Below are positions 9,605-18,896 of a stretch of DNA of 33,124 nucleotides, one piece after another (positions within the stretch are counted from its first letter, which is position 1; each line of letters starts with the position of its first letter). This stretch comes from an uncultured Acidobacteriota bacterium (lineage in GTDB: Bacteria; Acidobacteriota; Terriglobia; Versatilivoradales; Versatilivoraceae). A program made the translations under genes and the position numbers. The DNA lies in the NCBI GenBank assembly GCA_964462735.1, contig CAYWYX010000002.1, positions 11,766-44,889 of the forward strand, written 5' to 3'. The notes under the pieces were generated by a model. That model worked only from the letters and a program-made list of their open reading frames with translations. It had not been told where the DNA came from and did no database searches.

Positions 9605-10624
9605 ATGATTCAAGAGAACATTGATTACCGTGATTGTGATCGACAGATCTGGGAAGAGGAATTAGCTGACTTTGTTCCACCCAAGATTTTTGATTCTCAC
9701 ATTCATTTTTTTTGGCGATCAAATATTACTGAGGGGGTTGAGCCGATCCAAAGAGATGACAATGATTTGAATACCTTAAATCAATGGGCCAAAGTACTAT
9801 ATCCAGGTCGGAAAATGCAGTATCTTATTTTAGGATCTCCTTTTCCTGGAACTGATGTAGCAAGACATGTGGAATCGGTCAGAGCTGAAATTGCAGGAGT
9901 ACCTGGTATTAGGCACAATCGTTTAGTAACACCGTCATGTAAGATTGAAGATATAGAGCGAGATCTTCAGAACCCTCAATTTATAGGACTCAAGCCTTAT
10001 AGAACTTATTCAGTTACTGGTGATATTGGTCAATGTCGCATCCACGAATTTTTGCCACATGAGCAAATGGAATTTGCAAATCAACATGGCTTATGGGTCA
10101 CCATGCATCTATCTCGGTGGCATGGTTGTGCAGACCCCCAAAATTTAAACGATTTGGAAGAATATACCACCAAAAGATATCCAAACATTAAATGGCTCCT
10201 TGCGCATTGTGCCCGAAGTTTTACCTATTGGCCAATTCGTCAGGCAATTGTGCGTCTGCGCGATATGCCTAACATTCATTACGATACTTCAGCAGTGACC
10301 GATGTACGTCCCTACATCACTTTGCTCACCCAAGAAAACCCACAACGGATTTTCTGGGGATCAGACGGTGTTGGAGCAGCATTTTTCCATGGTCATTATG
10401 CTGCTCTTGGCCGTGCTTGGCAGCATAACGATGCTGATCAGGGAGGTTTGGAATTTCCTCACTGTGATGGAAGACCTATACTAGCTGTTTATGAACAGTT
10501 AATGTCTTTAAAATTTGCTGTGGAAATAGCGGAACTTTCAAAAGATCAAGTAGAGGGTCTTTTTTGGGGTAATGCTGCTAGTGCTATGGGCGTAGATGAT
10601 AAAGAACTAGCAACTAATGATTAG
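9605..10624 (+). CDS. Amidohydrolase family protein (Amidohydro_2-like TIM barrel)
   Basis: DSHIH, GLKPY, TMH, LAHC, YDTS and WGSDG motifs; ATG 9605 preferred over 9590 because GGGGAG precedes it. Confidence 0.85.
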   Translation: MIQENIDYRDCDRQIWEEELADFVPPKIFDSHIHFFWRSNITEGVEPIQRDDNDLNTLNQWAKVLYPGRKMQYLILGSPFPGTDVARHVESVRAEIAGVPGIRHNRLVTPSCKIEDIERDLQNPQFIGLKPYRTYSVTGDIGQCRIHEFLPHEQMEFANQHGLWVTMHLSRWHGCADPQNLNDLEEYTTKRYPNIKWLLAHCARSFTYWPIRQAIVRLRDMPNIHYDTSAVTDVRPYITLLTQENPQRIFWGSDGVGAAFFHGHYAALGRAWQHNDADQGGLEFPHCDGRPILAVYEQLMSLKFAVEIAELSKDQVEGLFWGNAASAMGVDDKELATND

Positions 10625-10711
10625 ATAACTTTCTGATGAACAGAATATCTAAGATCTATTCGCTAGAGATTGAGGAGAATCCATAGGTAGTTTTGTCATC
10701 TACAGACCTAA

Positions 10712-11467
10712 TTAATTGGTCACAGGTTCTGATTGTTTTAGTATTTTCAATAATTCATTGGCTTTTTCAACACATCCAAGGGCATCTTTTCCGTAGCCAT
10801 CACAGCGCATTTTTAAAGCTAGGTCTTCTGTTAATGCAGCTCCCCCGGCCATGGTTTTAATTTTGTCCCGTAGGCCTACTTCTTGAAAGGCCTGATTAAT
10901 TTTTTCAATATTCCTCATAGTAGTTGTTAAGAGTGCTGACATACCAACTAACTCGGCTTTATGTTCTTTGACGGCAGTAATAAATTCATCGGGCTTAGTG
11001 TCCACGCCTAGGTCGTGGACAGAAAATCCAGCACCAGAGAGCATCATCCCACAGAGATTTTTTCCTATGTCGTGAAGATCACCTTGGACCGTCCCCATAA
11101 TAACTGTTCCAACGGGTTTAATTCCAGAAGCCGAGAGAATCGGTTCTAAGTGTTTCATGCCAACTTTCATGGCTCGGGCAGCAACTAAAACCTCTGGTAC
11201 AAAGATAACATTGTCTCGAAACTTTACACCGACTATTGACATTCCAGCAATTAAACCGTCATCTAGGATTGTATTTGCCAGGAATCCCTTATCTAGCGCT
11301 TCTTTTGTCAAACGGTCAGATTCATGATGGTTCCCAATTATTACATTGTAAGCGATGTCCTGCATCAACCCATCTGCATTTTCCAGAACACCCCTTATTC
11401 GACTATTTTCTTCAGGGATGGTAACCCAATTAAGTTCTTCTTCAAGGCCGTCATTAAGAATTGACAT
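10712..11467 (-). CDS. Stand-alone corrinoid (cobalamin-binding) protein, MtaC/MtbC/MetH B12-module-like
   Basis: Cap domain (GL.AGM..VG.KF....FVPEVL..ARAM); His-on motif GDLHDIGKNL; DLGVD, MSALLTTTM and GGA motifs. Confidence 0.93.
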   Translation of the reverse strand: MSILNDGLEEELNWVTIPEENSRIRGVLENADGLMQDIAYNVIIGNHHESDRLTKEALDKGFLANTILDDGLIAGMSIVGVKFRDNVIFVPEVLVAARAMKVGMKHLEPILSASGIKPVGTVIMGTVQGDLHDIGKNLCGMMLSGAGFSVHDLGVDTKPDEFITAVKEHKAELVGMSALLTTTMRNIEKINQAFQEVGLRDKIKTMAGGAALTEDLALKMRCDGYGKDALGCVEKANELLKILKQSEPVTN

Positions 11468-11537
11468 AGATTATCGTTCGTTCCCTTCCTTATAGAAAAG
11501 TAGTAGCTTATACTCCAAATAAAACTGAAATTCAATT

Positions 11538-12704
11538 CTAACCAAGAGAAATAGGGTATTTACCGTATTTAAAGGTTGCTTCGAGCATCGCTGCATAATT
11601 GTCTATAGGAACATACTCGGGAATTGAATTTCCAGAGGAGACGCAGTAACCTCCACCTGGAGCTAGGTCACGAATTCGAGTGCGTACTTCATCCTCGACT
11701 TCTTGTGGAGTCCCTTGGGTAAGCGTGTACTGTAGATCGATATTTCCTAGAAGGGCTAGTCGGTCACCATACTTAGCTTTAATTTCATTAATGTCATGTG
11801 CTTGTTTTTCTACGGGGTGCCAACCAGAGATACCTAAATCAATTAATTCATCAATTACCATGGAAATATCGCCATCAGTATGGAAAACAAATGGCTTATC
11901 TGCAGCTTTGGCCATGTCACACATTTTCTTGTAGCAGGGGAAGGCATACTTTCTATAATGGTCAGGATGTACAAGAGGCCCATTTTTACCTGACAAGTCG
12001 TCCGCATGGAAACTAAGGCCAACTGCTGGATGTTCCATTGCAACTTCCATGACTCGTTGTTGTAAAGGGATAATTTTGTCATACATCATTTCGATAAGTT
12101 CAGGATCATCGATATAAGACAACATAAAAGTTTCCATACCCATCATGAACCAAACACCTGTAAAAACTTTTCCAATTACAACTCCAATTTTCATTCCAGG
12201 AGGTAGCATTACTCCTACTTGATCAAGTACGGAGAAGTCAAGGTCATCTGGGTTTGGCCACGGATAGGCAGCGAATTCATCTTTATTGGTTATTACCCCT
12301 TTATGCATTTCTGCCCAGTGTCGTTCAGTGTAGGCCTCCAGCTCAGCCTTATAAGTGCTGACGCTGTAGCTAGTAACTTGAACCCCATCAGCACCCTTTT
12401 CAATTTGTTCGTCATTAGTTTCAACTGGTTTGAGGTTAGCGTTAGACTTAGTATTCGCATTGATTACACTTAAAGAAACTGGATATGCATCGAAGCCAGC
12501 TGTTTCAAAGAATTCTATTTCTTGGGCATGGCCTTGTACTGGATGTCCCATAAATAGTTGTTTAATTTCAGGCTCAATACCCATTTCAAACAGGGGAACG
12601 AGGTCGGGTTCCTGGTGTTTTAGGGCACTCTTGAGTCTTTGATAGTCTGGTTTTCGATTTCCTTTTGCCTCTAGGGCACGCTGTATAGAATGAGGAAATG
12701 ACAT
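11538..12704 (-). CDS. Uroporphyrinogen decarboxylase (URO-D)/MtaA-fold family protein
   Basis: EPDLVPLFE, YPWP, MGME, ADDL, FHTDG, LLGNID..L..GTP.EV and APGGGY.VSSGNSI motifs; start at ATG 12704 (AAGGA RBS) rather than 12767. Confidence 0.85.
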   Translation of the reverse strand: MSFPHSIQRALEAKGNRKPDYQRLKSALKHQEPDLVPLFEMGIEPEIKQLFMGHPVQGHAQEIEFFETAGFDAYPVSLSVINANTKSNANLKPVETNDEQIEKGADGVQVTSYSVSTYKAELEAYTERHWAEMHKGVITNKDEFAAYPWPNPDDLDFSVLDQVGVMLPPGMKIGVVIGKVFTGVWFMMGMETFMLSYIDDPELIEMMYDKIIPLQQRVMEVAMEHPAVGLSFHADDLSGKNGPLVHPDHYRKYAFPCYKKMCDMAKAADKPFVFHTDGDISMVIDELIDLGISGWHPVEKQAHDINEIKAKYGDRLALLGNIDLQYTLTQGTPQEVEDEVRTRIRDLAPGGGYCVSSGNSIPEYVPIDNYAAMLEATFKYGKYPISLG

Positions 12705-12776
12705 AGAAAATATCCTTACGATTTTAGTGAATTCCAGCAGAAGGTTTTGATCTAACTTGTGTTTCAATACTGCAGG

Positions 12777-12805
12777 ATATTACATAGTTAACTCCGAAAA
12801 CGCAA
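12777..12805 (-). promoter_or_regulatory. Putative sigma70 promoter for the URO-D-like/corrinoid pair
   Basis: Minus strand TTGCGT-N17-TAATAT; it overlaps the region just upstream of the track's 12767 start, which supports the shorter start. Confidence 0.45.
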
Positions 12806-12846
12806 CGATCAGTTCTGTTTAGATAAGGTAATTAATTGGCTAATGA

Positions 12847-14070
12847 TCAAGCTCCAAACTTATCGTACAGGCCAGCATTGGCCATCATTAACCTAATCAG
12901 AAATTTGCTCTGAAAAATTCCTAATGAGCCATAATTTGCATTTATTTCGGTAAAACGGCTTAGTTTGTCACTTCCAGAATTTTGGCTATGAAGTAAGACA
13001 GGTGGGGGATGCCAGCTATGGGCTTTCAAAAAAACGGGTGTCGAATGATCTCCAGTAATTGCTAAAACTTGGGGAGTTTTTTTAAGCAGAGTTGGAAGGA
13101 ATTTATCAACTTCCTCGATAACTGAAACTTTCTGTTCAAAATTACCATCTTCGCCTGCTATGTCAGTTCCTTTGACATGTATGAAAAAATAATCAAAGGA
13201 GTCAAATGAATGAACATATTGTTTAAATTGTCCTTCAATACTATGATTATTCTCCAAAGTTTTCATTCCAAGAAGTTTAGCTAGACCCTTGTACATAGGA
13301 TAAGTTGCAATTACCGCTGCTTCTAATTCAAAGCGTTCCTGAAAAGTTGGGATCTTTGGAGTATGACTGATACCACGTAATAAAAATCCGTTGGCGGGTC
13401 TTTCTTCTTGAAGAAGTAAAAGTGCTTTTTGATAAAATTGATTTACTATCGAACCAGCTCTGTTTGTCTTAATAGAAGAACTTTTTGGCTTTATTTTTCT
13501 AATAGATTCTCCTTCGATATGAGGGTCAGAATCGGAAAGTGGACCCTCAATATTGCCACCGCGGAAGACTACTACGAAGCGATGTGATGTTCCGGGCTGA
13601 ATGATAATTTCAGTCTCTTGAATTTTTTCAATAGCTTGTAGTTTTTTACAGAGAATCTTGTTCAGTTCACTAGTGATACGTCCTGCTCGACGATCGGTAA
13701 TAATACCTTTAGTGTCTATGGAGCAGAAATTTGCGCGGGCAGCTATATCTTTAGGTTGCAATTCAATATTCAGACCCAATGCTTCAATTACGCCTCTAGC
13801 AACTTGGGTTTCTAAAGGATCATAGCCAAAAAGGCCCAGATGAGCCGGTCCACTTCCCGGAGTAATGCCAGGAAGAACAGGAGTTAACCGACCCATTACT
13901 GAAGTCTTAGCTAGTTCATCCAACTGAGGGGTTCGAGCAGCTTCTAGAGGAGTTAATCGCTTACTATGACTGGAAGTGATGTCACCAATGCCGTCCAAGA
14001 CTAGTAAGACAATTTTACCCTTGGGTCTTTGACGAAGCCTTAAACTTCGATACAAATGTTCGTGTTCCAT
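12847..14070 (-). CDS. apgM: 2,3-bisphosphoglycerate-independent phosphoglycerate mutase, ApgM type
   Basis: LDGIGD, TPLEAA.TP.LD, PGSGPAHLGLFGYDP, DRRAGRI, HVKGTD.AGEDG, TGDHSTP and HSWHP motifs. Confidence 0.92.
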   Translation of the reverse strand: MEHEHLYRSLRLRQRPKGKIVLLVLDGIGDITSSHSKRLTPLEAARTPQLDELAKTSVMGRLTPVLPGITPGSGPAHLGLFGYDPLETQVARGVIEALGLNIELQPKDIAARANFCSIDTKGIITDRRAGRITSELNKILCKKLQAIEKIQETEIIIQPGTSHRFVVVFRGGNIEGPLSDSDPHIEGESIRKIKPKSSSIKTNRAGSIVNQFYQKALLLLQEERPANGFLLRGISHTPKIPTFQERFELEAAVIATYPMYKGLAKLLGMKTLENNHSIEGQFKQYVHSFDSFDYFFIHVKGTDIAGEDGNFEQKVSVIEEVDKFLPTLLKKTPQVLAITGDHSTPVFLKAHSWHPPPVLLHSQNSGSDKLSRFTEINANYGSLGIFQSKFLIRLMMANAGLYDKFGA

Positions 14071-14152
14071 AATTAATCATTTTAAAACCAGAGACATCAG
14101 CTGAATCAGTTCAATCTAGTTATAAAAATTAAAGGAGAATATAATATTTTTC

Positions 14153-14175
14153 TTTAAAACAACAGTTGTTTTAAA
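14153..14175. promoter_or_regulatory. Perfect 23-bp palindrome in the apgM/pyc divergent region
   Basis: TTTAAAACAAC-A-GTTGTTTTAAA. Confidence 0.45.
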
Positions 14176-14414
14176 TGTGTTTTTCTACTTTGATTGTGTT
14201 TGAAACTTTAAAACAGTCTTTCATTTTATAACAGTTAAAGGAAAACGCTCTAGAATCATACTTGAAAAAATATTTCAAGAAAACAATGATCAGTGAAACA
14301 GTATTTTAAAGGAATTTTTGGAGCTGTAAAACACTTCCTAGTTTCTAGTAACCGTAAGTATAATTTTTGTTTTTTGTTTTTATTTAAATGACAGATAGAT
14401 TCCTCAGTTTAATT

Positions 14415-14456
14415 TGTTAAACTCACATTTCCTATATAGGAACTTTGTGTGTAACA
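14415..14456. promoter_or_regulatory. 42-bp imperfect palindrome upstream of pyc
   Basis: TGTTAAACTCACATTTCCTAT|ATAGGAACTTTGTGTGTAACA; 17 of 21 positions complementary, with a perfect 14-bp core. Confidence 0.45.
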
Positions 14457-14517
14457 TAGCCACTGATTTTAGTATTACTCAGTAGCAGTTCTATTGAATT
14501 ATTAAGAAAAAAATTCT

Positions 14518-17500
14518 ATGAAAAAGATTTTAATTGCCAATCGGGGTGAAATTGCTATTCGAGTCATGCGAGCAGCTACAGAACTAGGTTTAAGAACTGT
14601 TGCTGTCTTTTCCGAGGTCGATAGACTTAGTTTACATCGTTTTAAAGCAGATGAGGCATATGTTCTAGCCAAAAGTAGGGGACCGATTGATGCTTATCTT
14701 GATGTTGAAGAGATAATCACTATTGCTAAAGCAAAAAAAGTTGATGCTATCCATCCAGGTTATGGGTTTTTATCAGAGGAACCTAGATTTTCCAGACGGT
14801 GTAAGGAGTCTGGAATTACTTTTGTTGGACCTTCTTCTGAACAGCTAGAGAAGTTAGGCAATAAAATTGCAGCTCGTCAAATAGCTAAAGGGTTAGGAAT
14901 CTCAGTAATTCCTGGAGCCAACAAAGTTATCAAAGATCTGGATAAAGCTTCTGAAGTTGTTAAAGAATTAGGATTTCCTCTAATTATCAAAGCAACGTAT
15001 GGAGGTGGTGGGCGTGGGATGAGAATCATACGTAATTCCGATCAACTGGAAAAGCAATTAGAGGAGGCTCGTAGAGAAGCAGAGGTTACTTTTGGAGATG
15101 GTTCTCTCTTTATGGAGCGTTTTATTGAGCGAGCAAAACATGTAGAAGTACAAATTTTGGCTGATAGCTACGGTCAGGTTATGCATCTTTATGAGCGAGA
15201 TTGTTCAATACAGAGACGTTATCAAAAAGTTGTAGAAGTGGCTCCGGCTGAAACTATTTCCTTGAAATTACGAAGGGAGCTCTATGAAGCATCGGTTCAG
15301 TTAGCCCAGAAAATAGGATATGTCAATGCTGGAACCGTAGAATTCCTTGTAGATCTAGATAGAGAATTCTGGTACTTCATGGAATTTAATCCACGAATTC
15401 AGGTAGAGCATACTGTGACTGAGATGGTAACAGGAATTGACCTTGTTCGATCTCAGATTTTGATTTCCCAAGGATGTCGACTACATGACCCCCCCCTATC
15501 CCTTCCTCTTCAGAAGCAGCTGCCTCTTTATGGGACTGCTGTTCAGTGTCGCATAACTACTGAGGATCCCCAGAATGGCTTTGCCCCAGACTTTGGAAAA
15601 ATTACAACTTATCGTTCTCCCTCTGGATTTGGTCTTAGGTTAGATGGCGGCACTACTGCAGCAGGTGCCATACTGGTTCCATTTTATGATTCTCTTCTTG
15701 TGAAAGCAACGGCTTGGGGTCGAACATTCAAAGAAGCTTGCCAGCGTATGGATCGGTCGCTTAGGGAATTTAGGATACGTGGGGTAAAAACTAACATCCC
15801 CTTTCTAGAAAATGTCATTAATCATCCTAAATTTCAAGATGGTAATTCAACTACAACATTCCTAGATGATACCCCAGAACTTTTTCGATTTGCCCGAAGA
15901 AAAGATCGTGCTAGCCGGTTGCTACGTTTTTTAGCAGAAGTCATTGTTAATGGAAATCCTCAGATTAGTAACAGGCATCAACCTGAAACCCTGATTTATG
16001 AGGATAATAGCAGTAATGAAAAAGATTTAATTTCTTTGCAGCGGATTTCATCTTCAAAAGGACATACTACTCCAGAGGGAACTCGACAAATCTTACTTCA
16101 ATTAGGTCCAAAAAAATTCTCCGAGTGGATCGATCAACAAAAACGATTACTAATCACAGATACTACCTTTCGTGATGCCCATCAATCTTTGCTCGCTACT
16201 AGAGTACGTACAATTGATCTATTGAAGATATCAGAATTGGTGGCAAATCATTTGCCACAGCTTTTTAGTCTTGAAATGTGGGGAGGTGCAACATTTGATA
16301 CCTCTTTTCGATTCTTGAATGAAGACCCATGGGAACGCTTAGCTGCATTGCGCAAGCGCATTCCAAATGTATGTTTTCAGATGTTGTTACGAGCCTCTAA
16401 TGCAGTGGGTTATACCAGTTATCCCCAGAATGTAGTTTCTGAGTTTGTAAAGGAATCTAAGAAACAGGGCATTGACATCTTCCGTGTTTTTGACTCATTA
16501 AACTCAGTGGAAAACATGAAAGGGGCTATGGCAGCAATAATAGAGGCTAATGCTGTGTGTGAAGCTGCTATCTGTTATACGGGTGATATCCTTGATAATA
16601 GCAAAGCAAAGTATTCCCTATCATACTACGTTGAGATGGCGCGTAAATTGGAGAAGTTTGGTGCTCACATTTTGGCAATCAAGGATATGGCAGGACTATG
16701 TAAACCGTATGCAGCCTATCAACTGGTAAAAGTTCTTCGACAGGAAATTGGTATTCCAATCCATTTTCACACCCATGACACCAGTGGCATTAATTCTGCT
16801 TCTATTCTCAAAGCATGTGAGGCAGAAGTTAATATAGTTGATGCAGCTACTTCTTCTATGAGTGGTAACACCAGTCAGCCAAATCTCAATTCTGTGGTAG
16901 AGGCCCTCCGCTTTCAACCCAGAGATACTCAGCTTGATCCAGTCATCTTGAACTACTACTCAAAATACTGGGAAATTGTTAGGAGTTACTACCGATCTTT
17001 TGACAATGGGCTTCGAGCAAGTGATTCTGGGGTCTATCATCATGAAATTCCAGGTGGGCAATATACTAACTTGAAACAACAGGCAGCAGCTTTAGGTTTA
17101 ATTAATCGTTGGGCTGAAGTTGAGACTACCTACGCCGAGGTAAATCAGTTATTTGGGGATATTGTCAAAGTTACACCCTCGAGCAAGGTAGTGGGAGACT
17201 TGGCACTCTTTTTGATTGCTAGAGGGATGGTTCCAAATGATCTTCTCAAGTTAGATGTACAACATGACCTAGGCTTGCCTGAATCAGTGATAGAGCTTTT
17301 TGATGGTGCGTTAGGAACACCAGCAGGAGGATGGCCAAAAAAGCTCCAAAAAATAGTTTTAAGAGGAAAACCCCCTAGGAGAACTGCATCTGAAAATAAC
17401 TTTCCCCCCGTGAACTTTACCAAGACCAAACGGGTTTTGGAACATCAGTTAGGACGTGTTGTCAGGCATGACGAAGTTTTGAGTTATTTGCTGTATCCAA

Positions 17501-18003
17501 AAGTTTTTGAAGAGTATATCCGTAAGCGCCAACGTTTTGGTGATGTTAGTGCTATTCCTACGCCGAACTTTTTTTATGGTATGAAATCTGGCGAGGAAAT
17601 CACAGTAGATTTGGAGCCAGGAAAATCTTTAGTTATCAAATTTTGGACCATTAGTGAACCTAATCCCGATGGACAGAGAACAGTATTTTTTGAGCTAAAC
17701 GGACAACCACGGGAAGTAGTAGTTTTCGATGAATCAATGAAGGAACCAGCACCCGCCCATCCTAAAATAGATCCTAACCATTCAGGGCATGTTGGTCCTC
17801 CGTCAGCAGGGTTGATAACCCATGTATTTGTTCAGGTTGGTCAAAAGATCAAACGTTCTGAAAAGCTGTTTATTTTAGAAGCAATGAAAATGCAAAGCAC
17901 AATTTATGCTCCGATCTCAGGTCGAATCAGTGAGGTTTTTGTAACGGCGGGTCAGCACGTAGAGGCAAATGAGTTGTTATCAGTCATTGAAGGCCAACAA
18001 TAG
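14518..18003 (+). CDS. pyc: Pyruvate carboxylase (single-chain)
   Basis: Biotin carboxylase domain (ANRGEIA, HPGYGFLSE, NPRIQVEHTVTE); carboxyltransferase domain (DTTFRDAHQSL, IKDMAG, HFHTH, IVKVTPSSKVVGD); biotin site EAMKM; 1161 aa. Confidence 0.98.
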   Translation: MKKILIANRGEIAIRVMRAATELGLRTVAVFSEVDRLSLHRFKADEAYVLAKSRGPIDAYLDVEEIITIAKAKKVDAIHPGYGFLSEEPRFSRRCKESGITFVGPSSEQLEKLGNKIAARQIAKGLGISVIPGANKVIKDLDKASEVVKELGFPLIIKATYGGGGRGMRIIRNSDQLEKQLEEARREAEVTFGDGSLFMERFIERAKHVEVQILADSYGQVMHLYERDCSIQRRYQKVVEVAPAETISLKLRRELYEASVQLAQKIGYVNAGTVEFLVDLDREFWYFMEFNPRIQVEHTVTEMVTGIDLVRSQILISQGCRLHDPPLSLPLQKQLPLYGTAVQCRITTEDPQNGFAPDFGKITTYRSPSGFGLRLDGGTTAAGAILVPFYDSLLVKATAWGRTFKEACQRMDRSLREFRIRGVKTNIPFLENVINHPKFQDGNSTTTFLDDTPELFRFARRKDRASRLLRFLAEVIVNGNPQISNRHQPETLIYEDNSSNEKDLISLQRISSSKGHTTPEGTRQILLQLGPKKFSEWIDQQKRLLITDTTFRDAHQSLLATRVRTIDLLKISELVANHLPQLFSLEMWGGATFDTSFRFLNEDPWERLAALRKRIPNVCFQMLLRASNAVGYTSYPQNVVSEFVKESKKQGIDIFRVFDSLNSVENMKGAMAAIIEANAVCEAAICYTGDILDNSKAKYSLSYYVEMARKLEKFGAHILAIKDMAGLCKPYAAYQLVKVLRQEIGIPIHFHTHDTSGINSASILKACEAEVNIVDAATSSMSGNTSQPNLNSVVEALRFQPRDTQLDPVILNYYSKYWEIVRSYYRSFDNGLRASDSGVYHHEIPGGQYTNLKQQAAALGLINRWAEVETTYAEVNQLFGDIVKVTPSSKVVGDLALFLIARGMVPNDLLKLDVQHDLGLPESVIELFDGALGTPAGGWPKKLQKIVLRGKPPRRTASENNFPPVNFTKTKRVLEHQLGRVVRHDEVLSYLLYPKVFEEYIRKRQRFGDVSAIPTPNFFYGMKSGEEITVDLEPGKSLVIKFWTISEPNPDGQRTVFFELNGQPREVVVFDESMKEPAPAHPKIDPNHSGHVGPPSAGLITHVFVQVGQKIKRSEKLFILEAMKMQSTIYAPISGRISEVFVTAGQHVEANELLSVIEGQQ

Positions 18004-18008
18004 TTTAA

Positions 18009-18875
18009 ATGATGGAAAATTATAATAAAATCTTATCTGAAAAAACGAAGATACCGTTAGTAATCGGATCGTTTTTTAGTTTTATTAAAAAAATTATTCA
18101 GCATAGGGGACTTATTCGATCAATGGTGGAACGAGATTTAAAAAACCGATACATAGGGTCAGTAATTGGGATCATTTGGTCAGTTATTCACCCCTTGGTT
18201 CTTCTAATTAGCTATACGTTTGTTTTTTCAGTCATCATTAAACACCCTCTTGGTCCTGAAAGTGGAACAACTAGTTTTGCAATTTATTTGTTTTGTGGAA
18301 TCCTGCCCTGGATGATGTTTCAAGAAACCTTAGTTCGTTCTAGTAATGTTTTGGTCGAGCACTCAAACTTGATTACTAAGACACTATTTCCAGCAGAAAT
18401 TTTGCCAGTTTCAGTACTAATAGCTAATTTATTTAACCATTTGATTGGAGTTGCTATCTTTCTTGGAATCATTCTTTTTTATCTGCAAAATTTGACTATC
18501 TACGTTCTACTAATTCCTATTTATCTTTTTGGCTTGATGATTTTTGCCTTAGGATTGAGCTGGATTATTTCAGGTATTCAGGTTTTTCTTCGAGACACAG
18601 CTCAAGTGGTGATAGTAATTTTAACTTTTTGGTTTTGGTTTACTCCAATTTTTTTCGATGAAACTCAGTTAAGTCGTGTCAGCAACAAACTGGTATTTGT
18701 TATGCATTTCAATCCTTTGGCAGAGGTCGTTATAGCCTATAGGAAATGCCTATTAATTGGTGAAATGCCTACTTGGCAGGGATTAGTAGCAATCTACGGT
18801 ATTGCCCTTGTTACGTTTATTATTGGTGGTATTTTTTTTAGATATGTTAAACGCTCTTTTGCAGATGTTTTATAA
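18009..18875 (+). CDS. wzm: ABC-2 type polysaccharide export permease (Wzm/TagG-like)
   Basis: RDLKNRY.GS.IG..W..IHP, NLITK..FP.E..P, FLRD, TPIF and FNP motifs; FADVL terminus; about 6 hydrophobic segments. Confidence 0.88.
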   Translation: MMENYNKILSEKTKIPLVIGSFFSFIKKIIQHRGLIRSMVERDLKNRYIGSVIGIIWSVIHPLVLLISYTFVFSVIIKHPLGPESGTTSFAIYLFCGILPWMMFQETLVRSSNVLVEHSNLITKTLFPAEILPVSVLIANLFNHLIGVAIFLGIILFYLQNLTIYVLLIPIYLFGLMIFALGLSWIISGIQVFLRDTAQVVIVILTFWFWFTPIFFDETQLSRVSNKLVFVMHFNPLAEVVIAYRKCLLIGEMPTWQGLVAIYGIALVTFIIGGIFFRYVKRSFADVL

Positions 18876-18896
18876 AAAGATAGAGAGTCATAAGCA

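Noticed and set aside
11532-11540. Pyrrolysine-type TAG readthrough fusing the URO-D-like gene to the corrinoid gene
   Set aside because: TAG is followed by AAT TGA, so the frame closes immediately
9605-12704. Horizontally acquired island suggested by slightly higher GC
   Set aside because: Judged by eye only, similar to other conserved enzyme genes here, and no integrase, tRNA or flanking repeats
11538-12704. Annotation as hemE or mtaA
   Set aside because: Lacks both the RQAGR motif and the HxC...C zinc motif
12705-12846. Cobalamin riboswitch upstream of the corrinoid unit
   Set aside because: The predicted leader is only about 65 nt and has no B12-box-like sequence
14429-14445. Similarity to FRT site arms (TTCCTAT, TATAGGAACTT)
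   Set aside because: No 8-bp spacer, incomplete arms and no other sign of engineering
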